Under the pieces are notes generated by a model. The model made no database searches and was not told the origin of the DNA. It saw only the letters and a list, made by a program, of their open reading frames with translations. Source: an uncultured Verrucomicrobiae bacterium (GTDB taxonomy: Bacteria > Verrucomicrobiota > Verrucomicrobiia > Chthoniobacterales > Chthoniobacteraceae). Taken from it: a DNA stretch of 64,000 bases. Shown here piece after piece: positions 28,826 to 39,241 of the stretch (position 1 is its first letter; each line of letters begins with the position of its first letter). Both the position numbers and the translations under genes were made by a program. The stretch spans positions 896,001-960,000 of the forward strand of contig CAVYKI010000003.1 in the NCBI GenBank assembly GCA_963769025.1, read 5' to 3'.

Positions 28826-30099
28826 CGGTTCGCGGCGTAATACGCGCGCAGCCCGGCGACCAGCGCATCCGCATACTCGCGGAAAATGCTGCGGCGCATT
28901 TTGCCCGCGACCTCGCGCTCGCCCTCGTAGTCGCCGGCCTGGATGCGCGCATAGGTCTCCGCGTTGTTCATCCGGTACGGTTCGAGATACACCACCGGGC
29001 ATTCGAAAATCCGGTTCGCGAGAAGGTTCCGCGCCCAGATGTATTCGTTCGCGCCCGTGCGCACGGCGTTGCCGGTCATGTAGGCGAAAGGCGGGAGCGC
29101 CGTCGCCTCGGCGAGCGCCGTCGCGACGGGCCGCGCGGCGGCAGCTTCCTCCGCGTGGATGCGGCTCAGCAGGCGGTACAGCATCCCGAAGCGCTGGTCG
29201 TCGAAGCGCAATTCGCCCGCGCTGTAACAGCCGTTCACCAGCACGTGCAGATCGTTCCTGTCCGTGAAGACCGGATTCGCCGGATCGCTCCAGTCGTCCG
29301 CGTTGAAATGAATGCACACGACGAGGTCCGGGCGGATTTTGTCGTTCACCTTCCGCGCCCGCTCGTGGATTTCCGCGATGCGGTAAAACATCCGCTCCGC
29401 CTGCCACTGCACCGTGTTCATCTTCAGCGGATCGCGCGCGCCGTCGTAGTTCTCCCGCGCGCCGGTGACGCCGAGCAGCTCCAGCTCCTTCCGCGCCGCG
29501 GGGCGCAACGCATCCACCGTGAACGGCGACGACGGAACCGCGCTGTCCCGCACGAACTCCACTTCCGCACCGAGCGCACCCAACTGTCCGGCGGCCAGCT
29601 TTGCGACCAGCAGCGTCATGTCGCCCTCCTGCACCGGCGCTTCGTTTTGCAGCTGAAAGGACCGCTCCTCCATCAGCGCCCAGTCCCCGCCGATGTGCCC
29701 CGGGTCCAGCGCGAGCCGCACACCCGCGAGCGGCCGTTCCGGGGGCGCGGGCGCAAGCTGCGCCGCTGGGTTCCACGGGCGCGGGGGAGCCTTCGCGGCG
29801 GCCGCGTCCTTTGCGAAACGCAGCACGAACTTCGCCGGCGGAGTCAGCGTCGTGAAAATCACCGCGTCCGTTTCGCGCACCTCGATCACCCCTGCCGCCG
29901 CGCCGCCCGGCGCATACACCGCGTCCAGCAGACGGCAAAATTCCTCCTTCGTCATCGTCTCCTGAAATGCCTCCAGCCGCGTCCAGTCCGGCACCGGCGC
30001 GAGCGGCGTGAGGCGCTGCGCGAGCGCCGCGTGGCACACGAGCACCAGCGAAACGAGGGGGGCAAGTAGGGGCAGACGGAACGTCACGGGCATCGTCAT
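28801..30099 (-). CDS. N-acetylmuramoyl-L-alanine amidase-like secreted protein (Amidase_3 fold)
   Basis: ALDPGHIGG, QEGDMTL, RARKVN...PDLVVCIHFNA, VYLE; signal peptide; start 30099 or 30093. Confidence 0.75.
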   Translation of the reverse strand: MTMPVTFRLPLLAPLVSLVLVCHAALAQRLTPLAPVPDWTRLEAFQETMTKEEFCRLLDAVYAPGGAAAGVIEVRETDAVIFTTLTPPAKFVLRFAKDAAAAKAPPRPWNPAAQLAPAPPERPLAGVRLALDPGHIGGDWALMEERSFQLQNEAPVQEGDMTLLVAKLAAGQLGALGAEVEFVRDSAVPSSPFTVDALRPAARKELELLGVTGARENYDGARDPLKMNTVQWQAERMFYRIAEIHERARKVNDKIRPDLVVCIHFNADDWSDPANPVFTDRNDLHVLVNGCYSAGELRFDDQRFGMLYRLLSRIHAEEAAAARPVATALAEATALPPFAYMTGNAVRTGANEYIWARNLLANRIFECPVVYLEPYRMNNAETYARIQAGDYEGEREVAGKMRRSIFREYADALVAGLRAYYAANRQPGTVPK

Positions 30100-30175
30100 A
30101 CTCCGCGTCCGAGCCGCGGTCACGTCGCCATTCACGGTGCCCGCCGCAAGACACCCGAAAATCAGGAAAGGAATG

Positions 30176-30274
30176 TTGAAACGCGGAGGCGCAGAGACGC
30201 GGAGAGGAGAACGGAAATGGGCAGGCGTTTCGCGACCACTTCTCCCTCTGCGTCTCCGCGTCTCTGCGTTTAAA
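30176..30274. repeat. Octamer-tandem inverted repeat (ACGCRGAG x3 arms)
   Basis: Left arm 30176-30210 is complementary to right arm 30241-30274, 30-nt loop. Confidence 0.85.
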
Positions 30275-30343
30275 ATGAACTCCCCGTGCCCCTCGCGTCC
30301 TTCATGGTGACAAAGCCGCGCGCTTCCGCCATCGTCGCCGGCA

Positions 30344-31141
30344 ATGTTGAAGCTCCTTTTTCTTGGCGATGTCGTTGGCGAACCGGGCCGCAAGGCCGTG
30401 ATCGAAACAGTGCCCCGGTGGCGCGAGGAGCGCGGGATCGATTTCGTCGTCGTCAATGGCGAGAACTCCGCGAACGGCCGCGGCATCACGCCAAAGATTT
30501 GCACCGACCTCCTGCGCGCGCGCGTCGCCGTCATCACGAGCGGCGACCACATCTGGGATCAAAAGGACATCATCCCGCACCTCGACATGGAGCCGCGCCT
30601 GCTGCGTCCCCTCAACTACCCGCCCGCCACGCCGGGTCGCGGCAGCATCGTCCTCGACACGCCGAAGGGGAGGGTCGCCGTCATCAACGTCCAGGGCCGC
30701 ACCTTCATGCAGCCGCCGCTGGAAAATCCCTTCCTCGCCATGCAGGCTGAGGTCGATCGGCTGCGGCAGGAGACGCCCGTCATTTTCGTGGACATGCACG
30801 CCGAGACCACGAGCGAGAAAATCGCCATGGGCCGCTTCCTCGACGGTCGCGTGAGCGCGGTCGTCGGCACGCACACGCACACTCAGACGGCCGACGAACA
30901 GATTTTCCCCGGCGGCACCGCCTTTCTCTGCGACGCGGGAATGTGCGGCCCGCAGGTGAGCTGCCTCGGCCGCGAGATCGAGCCCATCATCCACCGATTC
31001 CTCACCGGCCGCCCCATCCAGTACCCCGTCGCCGGCGGCCCCGTGAAACTCCACGGCGCGATGATCGAGATCGACGAATCCACCGGCCGCGCCCTGAAAA
31101 TCGAGCGCATTGCCGAGGTCTTCCACCCGTCGCACGGCTGA
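30344..31141 (+). CDS. ymdB: YmdB-family (TIGR00282) metallophosphoesterase
   Basis: LFLGDVVGEPGR, NGENSA, DMHAETTSEK, VGTHTHTQTAD, DAGMCG. Confidence 0.92.
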   Translation: MLKLLFLGDVVGEPGRKAVIETVPRWREERGIDFVVVNGENSANGRGITPKICTDLLRARVAVITSGDHIWDQKDIIPHLDMEPRLLRPLNYPPATPGRGSIVLDTPKGRVAVINVQGRTFMQPPLENPFLAMQAEVDRLRQETPVIFVDMHAETTSEKIAMGRFLDGRVSAVVGTHTHTQTADEQIFPGGTAFLCDAGMCGPQVSCLGREIEPIIHRFLTGRPIQYPVAGGPVKLHGAMIEIDESTGRALKIERIAEVFHPSHG

Positions 31142-31165
31142 GGCCGGCCGACGTCTCGGCGAGGC

Positions 31166-32756
31166 TCAGTTGTCCCCCGCGCCCTTTTTCTTTTTGGCGG
31201 GTTTCGCCGGCTGCTCGTCGAGTTTCTTTTTCAGCTCCTCCAGCACGGTGGACTCCTGGCGCTTGAGCCACGTCTCGTAGCCCTTCGTGCGGCCGCCGAG
31301 GTATTTCAGCGCCTCGAAGTCTTCGCCTTTCCCGAGTGCGCGCGGATCGCCGTCCTCCTTCAGCAGGCGCATCATCGTGTAGCGCATCTCGTCGAGCACG
31401 GGCGCGAGGGCGAGGTCGTTCGCGAGGTTGTTCACGCATTCGGGGTCGCGCTTGATGTCGTAGAGTTCGTCCGCCGGACGCTTGCCAAACGCGAGGTCGT
31501 AGAAATGTCCGCCGAGCGCCTTCACGACTTCCTTCGACGGGCCGGGGTCGCAGTTGCCGAAGTCCGTCTCGGGATTGCCGACCGGCCAGCGCTCGGGGTG
31601 GAAGTTGTGGACGTAGAGAAAGTCCTTCGTGCGCAGCGCGCGCACCGGATAGCCCAGGTCGTTCGGGCCGCCCGATGTCGTGGCGCTCCTTGCCGGCGAG
31701 CATCGTGTCGCGGTTCTCGATCCAGCCGGATTTTTCCGAGCGCAAAATGGCCGCAAGGCTCTTGCCGGTCATCTGCGGGTGCGGCTTGAGGCCGGCGAGT
31801 TCCAGGTACGTCGGCGCGAAGTCGCGCACGTTGACGAAATCCTCGACGACGCGGCCCGGCTTGATCCCCTTGCCCCAGCGCATCGCGAGCGGGAGATGGA
31901 ACCCATCCTCGTGGATCTGCCCCTTCACAAACGGAAACGGCATGCCGTGATCCGAGGTGACGACGACCAGCGTGTTCTTCGAGCACGCCCGCCGTCCTCG
32001 AGCAGCTTCAGCGCGCGGCCGATCTGCGTGTCGCCCCACTCGACCTCGACGGCGTAGTCGAGCAGGTCGCGGCGGACGATTTCCGTGTCGGGCAAAAATG
32101 TCGGCACCTTCGACGTCCTCGAGCTTCTTGCCGAGCCGCACGCCGGAATTCCATTCATAGCCGCGGTGCGGCTCGTGGAATCCCATCCAGAAACAGAACG
32201 GCTTCGCCTTGTCCCGCTGCTGGAGGAATTCGCCGAAATTGCCCGGATAGTCGTTCTTCCCGATGCCCGCCGCGATGACCTCCTGCGTGAGCTTGTCGAA
32301 GGACGGCCCCGCCGGATTGCGCGTGCGCTTGGCCTGCGTCTTGAAATCGCCCGGCCCCCAGCCCTTGCCCGTGAGCCCGACCGTGTAGCCGGCTTTTTCC
32401 AGCAGATCGGGATAGACCTCGAAGTCCGCGGGAAAATATCCGCCGTGCGACACCGCCTCCTTGAGCTGCCACGTGTTGCGCCCGGTGAGGATGCTCGCGC
32501 GGCACGGGCTGCACTTCGGATTCGACGTGAAGGCGTTCTTGAACAGCACGCCCTCGCGCGCGACGCGGTCGAAGTTCGGCGTCTTCACCCAAGTGCAGCC
32601 GTACGCGCCCGCGTGCGTGCTGCCATTCCAGTCGTCGAAGATGATGAAGAGGATGTTCGGCCGCGCGGGCCTGCCGTCCGCAGCGAGCGCAGGGCGTACA
32701 GCGATGCAGAGCGTGGTGAAAAGGAAGGCAAGGGCTGCGAGGGGGATCTTTTTCAT
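31166..32756 (-). CDS. Secreted sulfatase (about 3 apparent frameshifts)
   Basis: PNILFIIFDD, CSPCRASILTG (CxPxR), EPHR, TSDHG, ELYDIKRDP; frame changes near 32110, 31985, 31670. Confidence 0.9.
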
Positions 32757-32808
32757 GGCGAGATGGGAACAGCGAAGAAGGCACGGTTTGCCCGCGCGTG
32801 ACGAGGTC

Positions 32809-33678
32809 TCAGCGGCCCGATGCCGGGGGAGTTGCGGCGATGAAATCGACGATTGCCTTCCGCACCGGGTCGCCGGGTTTCGGGATGTCGTTGGCGATGG
32901 AGCCGTGATTGCGATCCGGGATTTGGCGGAAGGTGACGCGCGTGTTGCCGGCGCCTTTCAGGACGGCGACGAGGTATTCGTTTTCCTCCGAGCGCGCGGC
33001 CATGTCGTGGTCGGCGGCGAGGACGAGCATCGGCGGCGTGTCCTTCCGGCAGTAGTGAACGGGCGCGGCTTCGTTGGCGATGATGGTGAGCTTACCGATG
33101 CCGAATTCCTCGCGCACGGTGTAGTGCGTCATCGTCTGCCCGCTCAGCGGGATGTAGCCCGCGAAGGAATCCGGCGTGAGGCCGTGCGGCTTCAGCCAGC
33201 GTGTGTCCATCGCGAGCATGAGCGCGAGATATCCGCCCGCGGAGTGGCCGCTGATGAAAATTTTGGCCGGATCGCCGCCATGCTCCGCGATGTGCGCGCG
33301 CACCCACGCGGCCGCCGCCGCCGAGTCCTCGACGTATGCGGGATAGATCGCCTTCGGACTCAGGCGGTAGTTGACCGCAGCCACCGCGATGCCATCCACA
33401 GCGAGGGCGCGGGCGATTGCGGCGGAGCCGTCCTTGCTGCCGGCCTTCAGCGCGCCGCCGTGAAACCACACGAGCGTCGCGAAGTTTTTCCCGGCAGGCG
33501 GAAGGTAAAGGTCCAGCTTGCAGCGCTCGGCTTCGTATTCGCTGAGCGTTTCGCCGGCCCTGTAGGCGAGATTGGCGATGACTTTTGGTGCTGCGGCCTC
33601 CTCGGAATACGACGGCACAAGACAGGCCAGATGGATAAGCACGCCGCCCAATGCGGCAAACCGGGGGAAGCATTTCAT
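32809..33678 (-). CDS. Alpha/beta hydrolase (HSL/BD-FAE-like esterase)
   Basis: WFHGG, VNYRLSP, GHSAGG, terminal His (RNHG); signal peptide. Confidence 0.88.
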   Translation of the reverse strand: MKCFPRFAALGGVLIHLACLVPSYSEEAAAPKVIANLAYRAGETLSEYEAERCKLDLYLPPAGKNFATLVWFHGGALKAGSKDGSAAIARALAVDGIAVAAVNYRLSPKAIYPAYVEDSAAAAAWVRAHIAEHGGDPAKIFISGHSAGGYLALMLAMDTRWLKPHGLTPDSFAGYIPLSGQTMTHYTVREEFGIGKLTIIANEAAPVHYCRKDTPPMLVLAADHDMAARSEENEYLVAVLKGAGNTRVTFRQIPDRNHGSIANDIPKPGDPVRKAIVDFIAATPPASGR

Positions 33679-33934
33679 GCGCGGCAGAATGCATCCCCAC
33701 ACTCTTGCTCACAATGAAGATCAGCAGATGCCGATTGGGTCCCAGGAAGCGTGTACGGCGGGGCTGATTCACAAGAGTAGAGGGTCATGGGGCCGAAGGA
33801 TACGAAGCACGTGTAACTCTCGCGTTGACGAAATGTGCCATTTTTGGCGTCCTCCGCGCCACGGTCGCGATGGTTCCGCCCGGTGCGGACGCGTTCGAGG
33901 CCTGAAACAAACAAAAAACCCAGAAAACAACCCC

Positions 33935-34465
33935 ATGAAGAAGCTCGTATTCACCCTCACGCTCGCCTGCGCCCTCGCGCTCGGCGGCCAATCAGCCTTC
34001 GCAGAGGCGAAGAAGAAACCCGCCGCGGCAGCCGATGCCCCCGCCGAAAAACCGAAGGCTGGAGACACCGGAAAACCCAAGGCCGAAGGCGACACTGCCA
34101 AGCCGAAAGCCGAGGGCGATGCCGCCAAGCCGAAGCGGGAAACGGTCTCCTATTTTGGCGACGTCGCCGCGGTGGACAGTGCGGCCAAGACCATCACATT
34201 GAAGGCGAAGGACCCGACCAAAGGGCGCGTGCTCAAGGTCACGGATGCGACCAAAATCGTGAAGGTTACCGGCACTGCCGAAGCACCGGCCGCATTGTCG
34301 GACGTCACGGTCGGTGCCTACATCACGGGCAGCTACAAGAAGGCCACCGACGGATCGCTGGAGGCTTCAAAAATCAGCCTCGGCAAGACGAAGCCCGCAA
34401 AGCCCGAAGGCGCGGAGAAAAAGCCGGAAGGCGACGCGAAGAAGCCCGCTGAAGCGAAAAAGTAG
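33935..34465 (+). CDS. Secreted Lys/Ala-rich protein with small beta-rich domain
   Basis: Signal peptide (AFA-E), KPKAEGD repeats, GDVAAVD...TITL...VTDATKI...LSDVTVG. Confidence 0.8.
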   Translation: MKKLVFTLTLACALALGGQSAFAEAKKKPAAAADAPAEKPKAGDTGKPKAEGDTAKPKAEGDAAKPKRETVSYFGDVAAVDSAAKTITLKAKDPTKGRVLKVTDATKIVKVTGTAEAPAALSDVTVGAYITGSYKKATDGSLEASKISLGKTKPAKPEGAEKKPEGDAKKPAEAKK

Positions 34466-34495
34466 TCTCTGCGGAATCTTCCGCACTTTCCAAAG

Positions 34496-34529
34496 ACCGG
34501 CACCTGCGCGAGCGGGTGCCGGTTTTTTT
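34496..34529 (+). terminator. Rho-independent terminator
   Basis: accggcacctgc-GCGA-gcgggtgccggt followed by T-run. Confidence 0.85.
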
Positions 34530-34676
34530 GGGGGCGCTGAGCGTAACCTTCATAAACCTTCTCACGCCCCGCGAAAAATCGGAAAATGGCCGCCGCACAT
34601 TATTCCGTGCGACCGCCCGGGTCCTGATCCTTTTTCAACAAGCGAACGCGGGTCCGCCGGCCTCGCTTCTCCAAGG

Positions 34677-35843
34677 CTACCGCTTCAGCAGCGCATCCGA
34701 CTCGCTGAGCTTGAAGCGCGTGCTGACGACGGAATGCTTCTCCGGACCGGGCTGATATTTCACGTAGGTCGTCGCGACGATGGTGCCGTCGGGCAGCAGC
34801 TCGACGCCGGGATAGCCGCAATCGCTCACGCGCTCGGCGTAGCTGTGGAGGAGCTTTACGCGATACTCGCCGGGCGTCGATTTCCGGATGTCGTCGTACG
34901 TGCCGACCCACGCGACAAAGTGGCCGCGCGTCGTGCTGCCTGGCGCCATGTCGCGGAAGGCGACCACGAAACGTCCGTCCGGTGTGAACACGCCGTTGTG
35001 CCGGTCGCCGCTCAGGCCCCACGGCGTGTCGGTCGGCTTGCTCCATGTCTGGCCCTCATCTCGGCTGAACATCATGAGACTGCGGCCGGTGTGCGTATTC
35101 TCGCGCATGATGCAGCAGAGCTCCGCGCCGTCGGGCGAACGGAAGACGAACGGCTCGCACGGGTTCTTGCCCGCGACGGATGCGACGACCGCGGGCTCGG
35201 ACCACGTGAACCCGCCGTCGGCCGTGATTGTCTGGATCACTTCGAGCGGTGCCTTGTCCGCGCCGCCCGGCCCCCGGTGGTAGAGGCCGAGATGGCGTCC
35301 GTCCTTCAGGCGCACCACGCTGCTGAAAGTCATGACGCACGGGAATCCGAGCGGCGGCATTTCCTTCCACGTCTTGCCGCCGTCCTCGCTCATGATGCTC
35401 GGCATGCCCGGCCCGCCGCGTTTTCCCAACGCCGCAGAAAACACCCACAGCCGCTCCTTTCCCGCCGCATCCACCATGCGGTAGATGCTCGGGCAGTTCT
35501 GGTGCTTGGAGAATCCAGGCGGCAACTGCGCATCCATGCGCGCCCACGTGAGGCCTCCATCTTCGCTGCGCGCCATCGGCCCGGCCGCGCCCCCGTGATT
35601 GACGCACCACACGGCGAAAATCGTCTTCCCATCCGGCATCAGCAAGGTGGTCGGATGGCCCTGATAGACCGCCTCCGTCCCCGCCGCGATCACGACCTGC
35701 CGCTGCTTTTCCCCGGACAGATCGACCGTCGGGATGTCCGGTTTTTCCGCGCCGCGCAAAATGGAACCACAGAGCGTGGTCGCGATGAGGCAACTCGCGG
35801 CGAACCGCATCGCACGAGGGGAACTGGGGAGCGTTTTCATCAT
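34677..35843 (-). CDS. Sialidase-like BNR/Asp-box protein
   Basis: [37 protein letters not shown]; signal peptide. Confidence 0.85.
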   Translation of the reverse strand: MMKTLPSSPRAMRFAASCLIATTLCGSILRGAEKPDIPTVDLSGEKQRQVVIAAGTEAVYQGHPTTLLMPDGKTIFAVWCVNHGGAAGPMARSEDGGLTWARMDAQLPPGFSKHQNCPSIYRMVDAAGKERLWVFSAALGKRGGPGMPSIMSEDGGKTWKEMPPLGFPCVMTFSSVVRLKDGRHLGLYHRGPGGADKAPLEVIQTITADGGFTWSEPAVVASVAGKNPCEPFVFRSPDGAELCCIMRENTHTGRSLMMFSRDEGQTWSKPTDTPWGLSGDRHNGVFTPDGRFVVAFRDMAPGSTTRGHFVAWVGTYDDIRKSTPGEYRVKLLHSYAERVSDCGYPGVELLPDGTIVATTYVKYQPGPEKHSVVSTRFKLSESDALLKR

Positions 35844-35846
35844 GGA

Positions 35847-36410
35847 TCAGCCTTCGCTCCGTACCAGCCGGATGTCGATCTCGCGGTCCACGAACTTCCA
35901 TTCCTCCGTAGCTCGCAGCTCGGACACCATGTCCTCGAAGGCAGTGGCATCGGCCTTCGTGTAATCGAAAAAGGTGAGGAAATCGAACGGCTCGCTCCCG
36001 CCGAGATCGCGGCAGTGATGCAGCCGGCGCGCGACGCCCGGCAGATACTTCAGGCCGGTCTGCACGTGGTGGGAGCGTTCCTCGAAAATGGCCCGGCGCT
36101 CGTCCTGCGTGAGCGCCCACCAGCTTGCGTTTTTCCGGATCGGGATCAGCGCGGCGTGCGCCGCCTCGGGCCGGCCGATGGCGACCTGCTTCGCGACGAG
36201 CTGATCCTTCTCCGCGCGCGTCGCGTAGCGTTCGTTGCTCGTCACGCCGCGCAGCATCCACTGGCCGCCATCCGGCAAAATGGCGACCGGCGCGTTGCCG
36301 ATGCTGAGCCGCTTTACTTCCGCGAGCGGTTCACCGGCGACCGCTTTGTTTTTGATGACCGACCACTCGCCGGCGTCGCCGCCCAGGAAGGTAAACAATC
36401 GTGGATTCAT
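35847..36410 (-). CDS. cld: Short (clade II-type) chlorite dismutase
   Basis: LRGVTSNERY, LIPIRKNASWW.L.QDERR.IFEE.SHH, LPGVARRLHHCRD, EPFDFLTFF, LRATEEWKFVDRE. Confidence 0.88.
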   Translation of the reverse strand: MNPRLFTFLGGDAGEWSVIKNKAVAGEPLAEVKRLSIGNAPVAILPDGGQWMLRGVTSNERYATRAEKDQLVAKQVAIGRPEAAHAALIPIRKNASWWALTQDERRAIFEERSHHVQTGLKYLPGVARRLHHCRDLGGSEPFDFLTFFDYTKADATAFEDMVSELRATEEWKFVDREIDIRLVRSEG

Positions 36411-36507
36411 CGTGCCGTTCATTGGATTTGTTTTCATCCGCTTCACAAATCTACGGCGATCAGAGACCCCCGCGCACGCCCCAAAACGGCCAGGCTGCGT
36501 TTTCCGG

Positions 36508-37626
36508 CTAGCCTGCCGGTACGGGCAGCGCTTCCACGGCGAGCGGCGTGGGCTTCCTGCCGACGCCACGCGCCCACTTGAGCACGGGTGCTTCGATCCA
36601 GCGCCAGCTCGCCATGCCCGCCAGGACCGCGAGCACCGCCGACGCCGCAAAATAGGCGAGGAACCCCAGACGCTGCACCCCGCCAGCGGCCAGCAACTGC
36701 TGCAGCGGAAACGCGTAGATGTAGATCCCGTACGAGAAGTCGCCCCACTTCTCCACCTTCTGAAAAGGCAGCCGGTGCGCGAGCCAGAGGACGAGGTAAG
36801 GCAGCGCAAAGGGCCACACGAACACGAAGCACTTTGCAAAGCACGATGCGACGAGCAGCCCCAGCGCGACGCCCGCCATCCATCCACGCCAGCGGAGCAG
36901 TTCGCGAAATTGGCAGCATGTCATTCCGGCCAGAAATGCGAGGTAGGCGGAGCGGTACAGCGGCAGGTGGAAGCCGTAGGTGTTCGTGTTTTCCAGCGCC
37001 CGCGACAGCGGATGGAGCGTCTCGGGATTCCGCAGACCCACGGCGTGAAGGACGAAGACCGCCGCGAAAAGCACTGCCCCCGTAAATTTCCAACGCAGGC
37101 CGCGGGCGAGCGCGACCACGGCCAGCCAGACGTAGCACATCATCTCAGGCGCCAGCGACCACAGCGAACCGTTCACCGAATAGTTGCCCGGATTCTTCCG
37201 GAAAAGGTCCGTGATGGAATATTGGGTGACGCGGATGCCGCCATTCGCGACGAGGAACGAAATCGCGGAGTCCGGTCCGACGACGAGGCTGTCCCAATAG
37301 TCCAGGACATCCGAGTGGTTCCAGAGCATCACTGCCGGGGCGAGCGCGAAGACAGTCAGCAGATGCATCGCCGTGAAGCCCGGCAGGATGCGCGCTGCGC
37401 GGTTCAGCCCGAACCGCCACATCGGCGTGCGCTGGGCCGACGCGGTGATGAGCCAGCCGCTGATCACGAAAAAACAAAGCACCGCGACGATGCCGATCTG
37501 CGCCTGCCCGCCGGTCGCCCTCATGAGCGGATCCTCCCCGAAACCACCCAGCGGAAACGAATGCGAGAACACCACCGCCAACGCGAAGAAGAGGCGGAGA
37601 AAGGTGAAGCTGTTCTGGCGATCCAT
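36508..37626 (-). CDS. Acyltransferase-3 (OafA-like) membrane protein
   Basis: NSFTFLRLFFALAVVFSH, FFVISGWLI, RAARILP, NGSLWSL..E, GDFSYGIYIY, IEAP. Confidence 0.9.
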   Translation of the reverse strand: MDRQNSFTFLRLFFALAVVFSHSFPLGGFGEDPLMRATGGQAQIGIVAVLCFFVISGWLITASAQRTPMWRFGLNRAARILPGFTAMHLLTVFALAPAVMLWNHSDVLDYWDSLVVGPDSAISFLVANGGIRVTQYSITDLFRKNPGNYSVNGSLWSLAPEMMCYVWLAVVALARGLRWKFTGAVLFAAVFVLHAVGLRNPETLHPLSRALENTNTYGFHLPLYRSAYLAFLAGMTCCQFRELLRWRGWMAGVALGLLVASCFAKCFVFVWPFALPYLVLWLAHRLPFQKVEKWGDFSYGIYIYAFPLQQLLAAGGVQRLGFLAYFAASAVLAVLAGMASWRWIEAPVLKWARGVGRKPTPLAVEALPVPAG

Positions 37627-37725
37627 CCGCCAAACCTTAGCCAGTCGCGTGCCGCCTCGTGGTCAGGCGTCGCGAATACTGCGACCCTTCAGGCGCACAG
37701 GCCTGAATAGGAACGCCGCACCGTC

Positions 37726-38994
37726 CTACGTGACCTCGAACTTGTGAACCTCGACCGCATTCTTTCCCGCCTTCACGATCGGGCGCGGCTCCGGTTGGGC
37801 AAAGCCATTGAGGTCCACGGCGCGCGCGCGGAATTCGTATCGGCCGGGTTTCAAATCCATCAGCGTCGCGGACCACGAGATCATGCTGTAGCGCAGCGGC
37901 CACGTCGCGGGCTGGCCGGTCTTTGGGTCAAAGCCGAGCACGTCCTTTGATGAAACGCCCGTCGGAAGGACGGACGACCAGTCAGCCGGCGGCTTTTCGA
38001 GTTCGGCCGGCGTCCACCGGGCGGCGCGCCACGTTTCATCGTCCAGCAGCACGGGCTTTGCGCCGGGCTCGACGCGACGCAGCCACCATTCGACCCGCTG
38101 CAAGCCCGACAGCCCGGCGAGCCCGAGGCCGGTCATGAACACCGGCCTGCCCGCGGGAAATTTCTCCGGCGCCTGGTCGATGTATGCCGCGGTTTTCAGA
38201 TGCGACTCGGGATCGTTGTTCGCGTTCGCGTAGGTGTCGTTCGCCTTCCAGTCATTCGTCACCGCGATGCGCTGGAGCCACTTGATGGATTTGAACCCGT
38301 GCGCCCACGGGATGATCATGCGCACCGGCCCGCCGCGCTTGAGCGGGATCGGCTCGCCATTCAGCCGCCACGCGACGAATGGCGGCAGCTCGCCCGGCGC
38401 CGTCTCCATCGCCTCGGTGTAGCTGAGCGACGACTGGAAAATCTGCTTCGGGTCGTTGTTGTGAAAACCCCAGTAGTAGATGCGCCGCACGTTGCGCATC
38501 GGCCCGCAAAGCCGCAGCACCTCGCGCAGCGGCACGCCTTCCCACAGCCCCTGACCGAGCGGCTGGGCGATGTTCAGGCACTGCATCGCCTTCAGAAAAC
38601 GGACGCCGTGCGTTTTCCCCAGCCCGAGGAGCGCCGGGAGATCGAGCGCGGTGCCATCCTCGAGCGTGAACTGTTTCCCGAGGCTCGCGGGCTCCTTCAC
38701 CACTTCGCTCGTGAAAGGATCCGCGACGATCTCCAGCCGCCACGTCTCCGCCGTGAGCCGCGCCTGCACGAGCGCATCGCCGGTGAGCGTGTGCGGCTTC
38801 GGGTTCCCGCGCGAGACGTCGGTGAAGTCGGCGGCCTTCGTGAGAAGAGGATGCGGTGTGGGCGCGGCGCCTGGCCCTTCCGCTGCCTGCACGCCTCCTG
38901 TGAAGCCGCCCGCGAGCGCAGTCGCCGCAAGCGTCGAAGTCGTGCGCACAAATGCGCGGCGTGAAAGTGGTGCTGGTTCCTGGGGGATTTCCAT
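37726..38994 (-). CDS. Tat-exported molybdopterin oxidoreductase (sulfite oxidase family)
   Basis: SRRAFV twin-arginine; MQC Mo-ligand Cys; WEGVPL; LNGEPIP..RGGPVR; GFKSIKWL; ARAVD..G..QP. Confidence 0.85.
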   Translation of the reverse strand: MEIPQEPAPLSRRAFVRTTSTLAATALAGGFTGGVQAAEGPGAAPTPHPLLTKAADFTDVSRGNPKPHTLTGDALVQARLTAETWRLEIVADPFTSEVVKEPASLGKQFTLEDGTALDLPALLGLGKTHGVRFLKAMQCLNIAQPLGQGLWEGVPLREVLRLCGPMRNVRRIYYWGFHNNDPKQIFQSSLSYTEAMETAPGELPPFVAWRLNGEPIPLKRGGPVRMIIPWAHGFKSIKWLQRIAVTNDWKANDTYANANNDPESHLKTAAYIDQAPEKFPAGRPVFMTGLGLAGLSGLQRVEWWLRRVEPGAKPVLLDDETWRAARWTPAELEKPPADWSSVLPTGVSSKDVLGFDPKTGQPATWPLRYSMISWSATLMDLKPGRYEFRARAVDLNGFAQPEPRPIVKAGKNAVEVHKFEVT

Positions 38995-39169
38995 GGGGCG
39001 CGATTCTGGAGTTTGAGGGGACGGGGTCTTTGAGGGCGAAGGATTCCCAAATGCAACCCCGGAGCAAAACCCGTCGTGGAGTTAAAACGCGGCACGTACC
39101 ACGCCGCACGTCCGCGGCGTCTCCGCGCACACGCCTCGCCCGCAGGTGAAATGGCTCGTCCGCGGGCAC

Positions 39170-39201
39170 AAAAAAAGGGCGACCCGGAGGCCGCCCCTTT
39201 T
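39170..39201 (-). terminator. Rho-independent terminator after pnp (possibly bidirectional)
   Basis: A-run, GC hairpin gggcgacc/ggccgccc, T-run. Confidence 0.8.
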
Positions 39202-39241
39202 GTGAGTTTGTAACTTGGAGGATCAGGATCCTCGCGGCGTC

